From positions 122,450,001 through 122,514,000 of the forward strand of contig OZ024745.1 of assembly GCA_964016885.1 (NCBI GenBank): DNA of 64,000 nucleotides, read 5' to 3'. Shown one piece after another: positions 52,517 through 62,374 of this stretch (position 1 is the stretch's first letter; the number at the start of each line of letters is the position of its first letter). The notes beneath the pieces are model-generated. The model was given only the letters and a program-made list of their open reading frames with translations, made no database searches and was not told where the DNA came from. The position numbers were made by a program, and so were the translations under genes. The stretch comes from Eledone cirrhosa. Its lineage: Eukaryota.

Positions 52517-53483
52517 TGGGGCAGAATAATGACTGGAAACTGTTGCATTTTGGAGAGAAGTATCTATGTATTATTGAAGTCTAGAAATAGTTTCCCTGAG
52601 ATCTTTGAACATACACAATAAAAATATGAATTGGGTTAGGTTCTAGTTTGGCTACAATCTATATACTACTAAAACTCTGTGATTGTGTGCTTGTCTGCAA
52701 TGTAATACAGCCAAAACAGCGCATAATGAGAAAATACTTTGAAAGGAAGTTGCCCCTAAATGGGAATACAAATGGAATAAAACAAGTTTTGTGTAAATCG
52801 GAGCAGGGGTTCCCGAGATATGGGGTTTTTCCTGGTACCCTCATAAACAGAGAGAGAAAGAGAAAGAGATAGTGGTTGTGAGAGAATAGATTGAAAGACA
52901 CCCATATATATATACATACACACACATATTTATATATATGTATACGCACACACACACAGACACCACACATACATATATGGGCCCATATATATATGGGCCT
53001 TCCAATTTCATTTGACATGTCTGTGTATATTTTGATTATTTAAAAATTATTTTTAAGTGAACATGATTTTATAAAAATATTGTTAAGTGAACATGACCCA
53101 ATGGGTCAAGGGTGGTCTAGTCTAATAAAAATGCGCTACAGTTAATGAATTATGTGGTTGACTTTTGTGGGTTGTTTAGAATGTACAAGTTTACCAGGAA
53201 AACTTTGATTTTGTATGGCTGACTGTTATGTATGTATCATAATGTTTCTATACATTAAAATAATGTTTCTGTACATTAAAACCAGACACTATGATTATCT
53301 ATTAATCCCTAAAAAGTTCAATAATATATTTTCTCACAGCCTTTGGAGCAGCTATAGCATCAAATGTAAAGTAAATTTCATAGTCATCATTTAAGTAAAA
53401 AATTAGTAAATATACACATTACATACAATTTTCATTGGGATTTTATATCAACTTATTATTGTTTAATGTTTTTAATAGTTTAA

Positions 53484-53786
53484 CCCTTTAGCATATACAT
53501 TACTCTATATATACTATAGCATTTTTGTGGTAAAGGCTTTATCTTACATAATTATCTCACATAATATCAAATCTACAAGATTTTGATGTTATTTATTTTG
53601 AGAACAATACCTTAACGTTGGTATGAGTGGCCAGTTACAGCCGGTTTGAACAGAAAGAGGTGAGAGAATTCTGGCCGGATATGACTGGTTTAAATGCTAA
53701 AGGGTTAAACCAGCCATATCTGGCCACATTTCTCACACCTCTTCCTGTTCAAACTGGCTGTAACTGGCCACTCATACTGATGTTAA
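53484..53786. mobile_element. piggyBac-type MITE (53484-53704) followed by an inverted partial copy
   Basis: TTAA/TIR ends. 53709-53786 is the reverse complement of ~53610-53690. Confidence 0.85.
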
Positions 53787-53789
53787 GTT

Positions 53790-54064
53790 TTTCAGTAAAA
53801 TGACTATTTTGATTGACAAACGTCACATCAATAAACTAGTAACCCCATCTAGCTTTGAAGTTATGAACTGTTGGAAACGAGTTCAAACATGCATTCCAGT
53901 GTCTCGGATGAGTTATCTCGTCTATGGCACTGAAGAGGTTAAAACTACATCAATAAACTAGTAACCCCATCTAGCTTTGAAGTTATGAACTGTTGGAAAC
54001 GAGTTCAAACATGCATTCCAGTGTCTCGGATGAGTTATCTCGTCTATGGCACTGAAGAGGTTAA
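53790..54064. mobile_element. End of a second TTAA-type transposon, tandemly duplicated (~122 bp x2), with a related copy at ~49030-49165
   Basis: catcaataaactagtaacccc...tatggcactgaagaggTTAA occurs twice. Confidence 0.7.
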
Positions 54065-54739
54065 AACCTATGTGTAAAAATAAATGTTCTGAACAGTATA
54101 TAGACACATGTATATATAAATATAGGGTTTCTGATGTTTCAATCAATTGAGTACTGAATCAATCAACACAGAGTGTAACCGATAAAGTAGCACCTCAAGC
54201 ACATTTAATTTATTACCATATTTCTAATGAAAGACACTGCTTCTTGTTTTCTAATAACTTTGAAATTAATCAAAAATTTTGAGGGATTTAGTAATATAAT
54301 TAACTTTCATATTATGTGGAGCATAACAAATGATTTAACTTAAAATTATAATGGAAGGTTTTTGTCACGACAAAAAGCGCTCAGCCCACACTGTAAAGTG
54401 GTTGTGTCGGTGACATGAAAAAAATCCCAATCCATACAGTATAGTGGTTGTATTGGTGTCATGACAAAAAGCGACCACTCCACAATGTAAAGTGGTCATG
54501 TAGGTATCATGACAAGGAGGAGGAGGAGGAGGAGGGGAGGAGGAGAAGGAGGGGAGGAGGAGAAGGAGAAGGAGAAGAAGAAGAAGAAGAAGATTTTATG
54601 TTCCAAAAGCCAGCTTTATAATGAGAAAGTTAATTATTTAACTAAATCTTGACAAATTCAAGGTTAGTTTTAAAATAATTTGAAAATTATAGAAATATAA
54701 TAATGAAAATATTATTTAATATCAAAATTTAATATTTAC

Positions 54740-54824
54740 CTCGTTAAATCTTTTTGTGACTAAATGCACATGTGGTGCCCTGACTTCCTTATCTGGTTTC
54801 ATCCACGTCTGAGATAACAGTTCA
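54740..54824 (-). CDS. RASGRF1: RasGRF exon (CDC25 domain)
   Basis: ttcag/gtaaat, 85 nt phase 2-0. ELLSQTWMKPDKEVRAPHVHLVTKRFNE. Confidence 0.92.
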
Positions 54825-56036
54825 CTGAAATATAAAGAATATAACCAATAAGTTAGGATATTTATAGTTTATAAGAAGCATTGTGAGATACGTGGTTCAG
54901 ATTGTTTTGGGAAATTTGGTACAATGTAAGTTGTAAAGGATTGAGAACTAGAGTTATGTAAGATAAACAAACCAAAACAACTGTTTACAAGTAAATTTGT
55001 AGCACAGAGGTCTGGATAACAAAAGATGTGGGTTCGACTCCCATGTATGTCAAAACTCATTCTTTTCCATTTTTTAGAGGGTTAGTCTACTAAATTTCAA
55101 CTGTTTACACTTTTACTTTATATTTCATAATATTTTGGAGTTTAAGACTTATCTCTCAATAGAGTTACAGTAATATTTTGGGGGCTAAGACTTATTTCTC
55201 AATAGAAATGAATTACAGTAATATTTTGTGGGGTTAAGACTTATTTTTCAATAGAAATGAATTACAGTGTGTTGGTGATAATGGAATCACTTCTGAGTAG
55301 ATAATAGGTCAGAGATATTAGCAATAAAATCAAAAAGATCCACATAGCAAGTATAATACTTAATAGTGCTAAAAGGATTTTCATGTATTGAACTGAAAAA
55401 TGTATTCACATTATGAATACACACACAAACAAACACACATACTCTCTCTCTGTCTCTCTCTCTTCCTCCTCTATCTATCTAGCTCTGTTTTTATCAATAC
55501 CATTAGATACCATTATAAATTCTTAATGCTGCACCAGCAGTTATTGTTATTTTAAAGTTAAGGTTATTAATGTTGAGGCAAAAGGAGGAGAATTGGATTA
55601 AAAATTCCCTGATATCAATTTGTAGTTACTTATTGATATAGAGCTATATAATGATTGGCAATCAAAGAATGACAATATAAAGTAGAGATAAATCTTCAGC
55701 TTTACCAAGGACATGACAGTCTTACTAGTGCTGGTACCACAATGAAATGCACCTAGTGCATCTTATAAAGTGGTGGGCATTAGGAAGTGTGTACAGCCAT
55801 AGAAACGATGCCAAGATAAGGAATGTAGGAAGAAGACAGTCACTAACTGTTGATGACCTGTCCAACCCATACTAGTATGGATAGTGGATGTGATAATAAT
55901 GATGATGATAATTATTGTCAAGATAAGACAAAGCAAGTATTTTTCTCTATGATGTTAATTTCTGATTTTATAGTGTTTAGATGTTGCTGAAGCAAACACT
56001 ACCCAATATTATAGGTTTATAGCACTTTCAAACATG

Positions 56037-56710
56037 TTAGGGTTAGTGTTAGGGGTAAGGATTAGAGTTAGGGCCTAGGGGTTATGGTTAGAGTTGGGGC
56101 TAGGGATAGGGTTAGAGTTAGGGCCTAGGGGTTAGGGTTAGAGTTGGGGCTAGGGATAGGGTTAGAGTTAGGGCCTAGGGGTTATGGTTAGAGTTGGGGC
56201 TAGGGATAGGGTTAGGGTTAGGGCCTAGGGGTTAGGGTTAGAGTTGGGGCTAGGGATAGGGTTAGGGTTAGAGTTAGGGCCTAGGGGTTAGGGCCTAGGG
56301 GTTAGGGTTAGAGTTGGGGCTAGGGATAGGGTTAGGGTTAGAGTTAGGGCCTAGGGGTTAGGGTTAGAGTTGGGGCTAGGGATAGGGTTAGGGTTAGAGT
56401 TAGGGCCTAGGGGTTAGGGTTAGAGTTGGGGCTAGGGATAGGGTTAGGGTTAGAGTTAGGGCCTAGGGGTTAGGGTTAGAGTTGGGGCTAGGGATAGGGT
56501 TAGGGTTAGAGTTAGGGCCTAGGGGTTAGGGTTAGAGTTGGGGCTAGGGATAGGGTTAGGGTTAGAGTTAGGGCCTAGGGGTTAGGGTTAGAGTTAGGGT
56601 TAGGGTTAGGGGCTAGGGTTAGAGGTTAGGGGTTAGGGCTAGAGTTAGGGGATAGGGTTAGGGATTAAAGTTAGGTTTTAGGGTTAGGGTTAGAGTTAGG
56701 GTTAGGGCTA
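56037..56710. repeat. Interstitial telomere-like (TTAGGG-variant) array with a 50/56-bp higher-order unit
   Basis: gggttagagttagggcctaggggttagggttagagttggggctagggata(gggtta) repeated ~10x. Confidence 0.93.
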
Positions 56711-56835
56711 AACATATTCTTAAAAGAAAACAATACAAAAATAACATCAAGAATTACAAGCAGAAACAGAATGGTACTGAAATGGTAGAAGTATATTTGA
56801 ATTATTGAGTTTGCAAAGTTTGATAGAATACTTAC

Positions 56836-56933
56836 TCACTGCGAATTGCAATAAAAATTTTATGGTCTAAGTAAGTGAGTTGTTCTGCAATATCCAATGC
56901 TGATAATGAATCTGACGTGTCTGTTGAAGATGT
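56836..56933 (-). CDS. RASGRF1: RasGRF exon (start of CDC25 domain)
   Basis: tacag/gtaagt, 98 nt phase 0-2. TSSTDTSDSLSALDIAEQLTYLDHKIFIAIRS. Confidence 0.92.
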
Positions 56934-57319
56934 CTGTAATATACAGGAAAATACATTTATCATTTCTTTTTTATTCTACAAATTTCAGCTACTGTTATTT
57001 GCCCAGACCTCTTTTATAAAGGAAAATTCAAATCTTTTTCTTTGAATTTGGAAATAATTTTTTTGTTCAGGATAAAAAACAATAAACGAAAAAAAAAAAC
57101 ACTGCATAAGAACTGCTTTTTATCTGTGGTAGTGTAAATGTTAAATATTAGGTCTTGTTTGTAAATGATGGAATATTTTAGAAAATATATTACTTGTAAT
57201 GAAATTAACGAATTGCTTCCAAACAAGGATATTATTAAAAATCCTTTTTTGTAATTGGAAGCCACTCCTAACCAGAAATAGAAAAGACACCCAAACAGTC
57301 ACTTAATTTGTTGAGAGTT

Positions 57320-57982
57320 ATAAAAACGCCTTGCTTCCCTGGGCATGGATACATTGAAGCTCCGACGTCTGGCAACTGACTTGGTAAACACCCACAAAAT
57401 TATTAACCATCTTGCCAACAACAATCCTGAGTACCTTTTTGATCTCCATGTCTAACACATGTGGGCATACCAACAAAGTCAGAAAACAGCACAGCTCCCA
57501 TGACTTTCGGAAACATTTTTTCACGCTCAGAGTTGCTGAAGCTTGGAACAAACTACCTGCATCAGTTGTTAGCTGCCAAGACACTGCATCCTTTAAAACC
57601 TCCATGTTTCCTGAGATTCGCCAACACTACACCTAATATCCCCCCTCCATACACACGCACACACATATATCATGGCTCATACACTATTCACTTCCCTGAA
57701 ATTTGTATATTATTCTATGTAAACGGCGGTTGATTGGCAGTATCGGTAGAGGGCCGGACGCCATGCTTTCCAGCATAGTTACGTCCTTTTACGATCTGAG
57801 TTCAAATCCCGCCGAGGTTAACTTTGCCTTTCATCCTTACGGGGTCGATAAAATAAAGTACCAGTAATGCACTGGGTAATTGCTGGCCTTGTGCCTAAAA
57901 GTAGAAACAATTATTCTATGTACACCTTTGATGAGTTGTAGTGTACCTGAGCACTGTACACAATAATTTCATTATTATTATT
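57320..57982 (+). mobile_element. CR1-like LINE 3' end with (ATT)n tail, interrupted by a SINE
   Basis: FRKHFFTLRVAEAWNKLPASVV..ASFK, with a SINE inserted at 57725-57909. Confidence 0.8.
57725..57909 (+). mobile_element. tRNA-derived SINE family A, full length with TSD
   Basis: A-box tggcagtatcggtaga, B-box gagttcaaatccc, central gcctttcatccttacggggtcgataaaataaagtaccag, (TTA)n tail. Flanked by attattctatgta(a/c)ac. Confidence 0.9.
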
Positions 57983-58659
57983 AAAAACAGAAGAGCTGGA
58001 CCAGTGTTTATCACACTAGACCAGAGACAATGTTTAAAACATCTATACCTATCTAAAAAGAGGGTGTAATGTGTCATATATTTTGATGAATGTGAAATTT
58101 TAATAAAAATATTCAAATATTTTTGTTATGTGAGAACACAGCTGGAAATTGAAATTCTTCAATTTAACTTTTGTATGTAAGATAAAATAAAAACATTGAT
58201 GCTTTGGCATGTGATTATGGATAATGAGAAATGTGTAAAGTGGTCTGGAAACTGGAGGCATCCAGCCATAGAAATCTATCCAGAAACAATCCTATATGAG
58301 CAATACATGGTTACCCAACCCAACTTGCCTCTAATGGGACAAACCCGTCTAACCCATGCTAGCATGGAAAATGATGATGATGATGATGATGATGAGGATG
58401 ATAGTGAGAAATTACTGAAATTCTGCAAATTACAATGGTGAAGTAAGACACTATAGAAAAGTTATTTTTCAAATCTATTCTTTATCTGTCAGAATTTAAA
58501 TATACATACACGGAACCATGATAAGGATACAGAAAAGAAATCTTGGAAAATTAGATTTCAAAATTATAGCTTCTTAAAATGATGATGATGATGAAAAGCT
58601 ATAATTTTGAAAAACAAATGATCATATCTATGGATATTATCTTACATTATTAATAATTT

Positions 58660-59815
58660 TACCCATCAAACCTTACCTATGGTCATGAATGTTGTGTAAT
58701 GACTGAAAGAATATGATCATGAAACAAGCAGCTGAAATGGGGGTTCCTCTGAAGGGTTTTTAGATTAATGTTACTCGATAGGGTGCATAGCTTGGATATC
58801 AGAGAGTCACTCCATGTAGAGCTGCTACTTCTCTGAATTGAGAGATCACAGCTCCGATACTACGGGCATGTGGTTAGAATATCTCAGGAAAGAATCGCTG
58901 GAGAGTCACTCCATGTAGAGTTGCTACTTCTCTGAATTGAGAGATCACAGCTCCGATACTATGGGCATGTGGTTAGAATATCTCAGGAAAGAATCGCTGG
59001 AGAGTCACTCCATGTAGAGCTGCTACTTCTCTGAATTGAGAGATCACAGCTCCGATACTATGGGCATGTGGTTAGAATATCTCAGGAAAGAATCGCTGGA
59101 GAGTCACTCCATGTAGAGCTGCTACTTCTCTGAATTGAGAGATCACAGCTCCGATACTACGGGCATGTGGTTAGAATATCTCAGGAAAGAATCGCTGGAG
59201 AGTCACTCCATGTAGAGCTGCTACTTCTCTGAATTGAGAGATCACAGCTCCGATACTATGGGCATGTGGTTAGAATATCTCAGGAAAGAATCGCTGGAGA
59301 GTCACTCCATGTAGAGCTGCTACTTCTCTGAATTGAGAGATCACAGCTCCGATACTATGGGCATGTGGTTAGAATATCTCAGGAAAGAATCGCTGGAGAG
59401 TCACTCCATGTAGAGCTGCTACTTCTCTGAATTGAGAGATCACAGCTCCGATACTATGGGCATGTGGTTAGAATATCTCAGGAAAGAATCGCTGGAGAGT
59501 CACTCCATGTAGAGCTGCTACTTCTCTGAATTGAGAGATCACAGCTCCGATACTACGGGCATGTGGTTAGAATATCTCAGAAAAGAATCACTGGACAGAT
59601 TTTACGGCGAAACCAACCGGAAGGAGACTGAGGGGTAGACCCAGAGCAAGAAGGTTGGATAACATCCATGAGCTTGGCTGGTTTCGCTTGGAGATCCAGC
59701 CAGATCAGTTGGAGATGGTTGCTTCTGACAGGACCTGCTGGGAGGGGTGGGGTGTTTGAGGACCCTGCCCCCATGACCCTCTCAGGAATAAGTGGGTGAA
59801 GAAAAGAAGAACTAT
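58660..59815 (+). mobile_element. RTE LINE 3' fragment containing an internal 99-bp tandem array
   Basis: EMGFL..DRV..IRESL..IERSQLRYYGHVVR..KPTGRRLRGRPRARRLDNI. Confidence 0.8.
58802..59594. repeat. 99-bp minisatellite, 8 near-identical copies
   Basis: Unit gagagtcactccatgtagagctgc...gaaagaatcgctg starts at 58802, 58901, 59000, 59099, 59198, 59297, 59396 and 59495. Confidence 0.97.
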
Positions 59816-60125
59816 AAAGATCACATAATGTCCTATATAGTGAGCGTATCCTTTAACATTGTAAGAATTTACAACAGTTTCGCTCCACAAGACACAACTA
59901 CACCTTTCAATGGAACCTGGTTAACAAAGCATGTAACTAGAGTAGCAACAATCAATTTTTGTGAGCTTCCCTGGCAGGGATATGCTTTGAATAGGGTCTA
60001 TCAATAAATTACAGAAAGGAAACAGGATTTTCATCCTTTTTATTTAGTTCATAGGAATAAACAAAGAAGTGACTTGCTTAGAAATTGTAATCAGTTTTCT
60101 AGGGTTGCTTATGTTGATTTACCTT

Positions 60126-60326
60126 ATGAGGGTTGGCTGAAAAGTTCATAGGCTGACTATGATCGAATGATGCTAGAGCTGTGAAATATTGCATGCATTA
60201 ATTTCAACTCTCCTTATTAATAATTGCATTGTTTCTTTCCAGGGTCTATGTTGAAAAATAACCTCATTTGGTTATTCCATGAGAGTATCTTGGTCAGCTT
60301 ATGAACTTTTCAGGGGACCCATGTAT
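60126..60326. mobile_element. Mariner-like MITE
   Basis: tatgagggttggctgaaaagttcataggctgac ... gtcagcttatgaacttttcaggggacccatgta. Confidence 0.75.
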
Positions 60327-61504
60327 GTTATCTTACAAAATCTCTCTCATATGTATAGATGATTTCCTAATGCCCATATTTGTTACTTCGATCATATACA
60401 TCTACACCTGGGGATGGCGATCCCAATATGTTATTTGTAAAACAGCATTGGACTTGGCAGAGTTTAATGAGAAAGGACAGCAATGTGTTCAGAAGTGGCG
60501 GAATGTTTGTCATTTTTGTTTCAAAATAATTTTACTTTTCTTTACTTTGTTTGTACAATTTACATTCTTCAAGAAAAAGAAAAGATTACAAGAAACCAGA
60601 CCTTAGTTTTACTGTAAGCTAGATATTATTTTATGTTTTAAAACAGCAAAACTTTAACTGAGTTAGTAAAGTTTTCTTTTCCTATAGTTTAGTCAAAAGA
60701 AGGATTACACCTATGATTATTTACAGAACCCCATTGATTGGTGAAGGAAATGAAAGATAGAACCCATGACATCATTGCTTGGTGAAGAAGGAAGTAACAG
60801 CACATAACATAAGAATATTAAATTATTTCTAGATTGGATACATAGCCAGAATGCTCATAATAGTGTGGACATTTGGTGATAGGAAAGACATTCAGCCATA
60901 AAAATATTGCCTTTTCAGTCACATCAAGGACAACAAAATGTGCCCAGCACACTCTGTAAAGTGGTTGGCATGATGAAGCTGCTGAAACCATGCCAAAAGT
61001 TAATGTTTCTGAACAAGATGCAGTTCGCTGATCTGTCTACGGGAATAGTAACTCCAGTTAAGTCCTGGAAAAGCAGTAAACTGATGCTAATAACACCTAA
61101 TGTGCACGTGTTGGGTGTTGAACTGAGAAGAGGATATGGCGTCCACTGTTGGAATCATGACTGGCTGACAATATCTGCGTCAGATGTCTGTGTTTGCTAT
61201 GTTTTGATGGTTTCTGTTTACGATGTTGTAGATGTACTGGATGGGAATATCTAAACCCATCCTGAATGAATACCAATACAAACCCAAGGGGATTAAGTCT
61301 ATCACCCAAGAACAGATACATCTAACAAGCTTCTGCACTGTTTCTCTCTATGAATTTCACTCATAAGACTTTGGTTCCATCCAAGGGCTATAGCAAAAGA
61401 CACTTACCAAAAATGTTGTAAAGAACGATCAAATGTTGAAGCATATTAGTGTTAAACAATTTTCTTCACCACACAGTGCCCAGACATAATATGATTTAAG
61501 ATGT

Positions 61505-61663
61505 AATAGAGGAAGACCATGGAGGTGGTGAGAGCTGATCTCAGATCGCTGAAGCTCACGGAGGAGATGACAAAGGACCGTGACAAATGGAGAGATGTTG
61601 TGCTGAATAGGACCTGTCCCACCCTTGCAAGCAGGGAAAAATGGACGTAAAATGATGATGATG
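61505..61663 (+). mobile_element. RTE LINE 3' terminus with (GAT)n tail
   Basis: EVVRADLRSLKLTEEMTKDRDKWRDVV, then cccacccttgcaagcagggaaaaatggacgtaaaatgatgat. Confidence 0.75.
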
Positions 61664-61721
61664 TCTCCAACTTTTTGTTTTTATGCTGTAATTTAATTGT
61701 CTATTGTAGAAGGAAGACACA

Positions 61722-62058
61722 GTCAAGGAAGACCATGAAAAACATGGGCGGAGGTGGTGAGAGCTGATCTCAGATCGCTGAAGCGTCTTAATGCATGGGC
61801 ACGCTGGGCAGTTGCCTGGGGGCCCCACGAGGATAGGGGGCCCATTTTGTATTTTTATTTCTGTGAGTGTTTGTGTAGGTAGGGGCCCCAGTGCTCTGCT
61901 TTGCCCGGAGGCGGGGGGGGGGGGGGGGCTATAATGCTGTTAAGACGGCCCTGACCGTGACAAATGGAGAGATGCCATGCTAAATAAGAGCCGTCCCACC
62001 CTTGCAAGCAGGGAAAAGCAGACGTAAAATGATGCTGATGATGATGATGATGATGATT
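61722..62058 (+). mobile_element. Second RTE 3' terminus interrupted by a hAT-like MITE (~61784-61953)
   Basis: Same sequence as 61505-61663, split by a GC-rich insert ending ttaagacggccctg. The left TIR is reduced to cgtcttaa. Confidence 0.7.
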
Positions 62059-62194
62059 ATACCTGTCTGTGATAAACTAGTGGCAGGAACTGAAGAATAT
62101 GATATTCATTTTTGGGGAAAATACTTATTAATTATGAAAAATAAAATAAAATAAAATAAAATGAAAACCAGAAAACACTGTTCATTCTACTTAC

Positions 62195-62374
62195 TGCAGG
62201 TGGGGCTAATAATATATCTAAATCAACTTTATTGCTATCTTGGCTTTCCTGGTTGATTATGCGTAGTATGCCTGCAGCTGCTTTATGTTCAGCTGGTAAT
62301 AAAGAGGTATTACACACCATTTCTTCAAGTAAATCAATCAAAAAAGCTTTCAATTGTGCATCTGTGTCAAAATC
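62195..62374 (-). CDS. RASGRF1: RasGRF exon (end of REM region)
   Basis: cctag acceptor, gtaagt donor, 180 nt phase 0-0. DFDTDAQLKAFLIDLLEEMVCNTSLLPAEHKAAAGILRIINQE..., similar to RasGRF1 DFETNDELK..ERKAAANIIR. Confidence 0.9.

Noticed and set aside
56037-56710. True telomere or chromosome end
   Set aside because: It lies in an intron between in-phase RasGRF exons and consists mostly of variant units.
58802-59594. CRISPR-like regular array (also 1471-1756, 4139-4440, 45007-45262)
   Set aside because: The units are contiguous with no unique spacers, there are no cas genes, and the context is eukaryotic.
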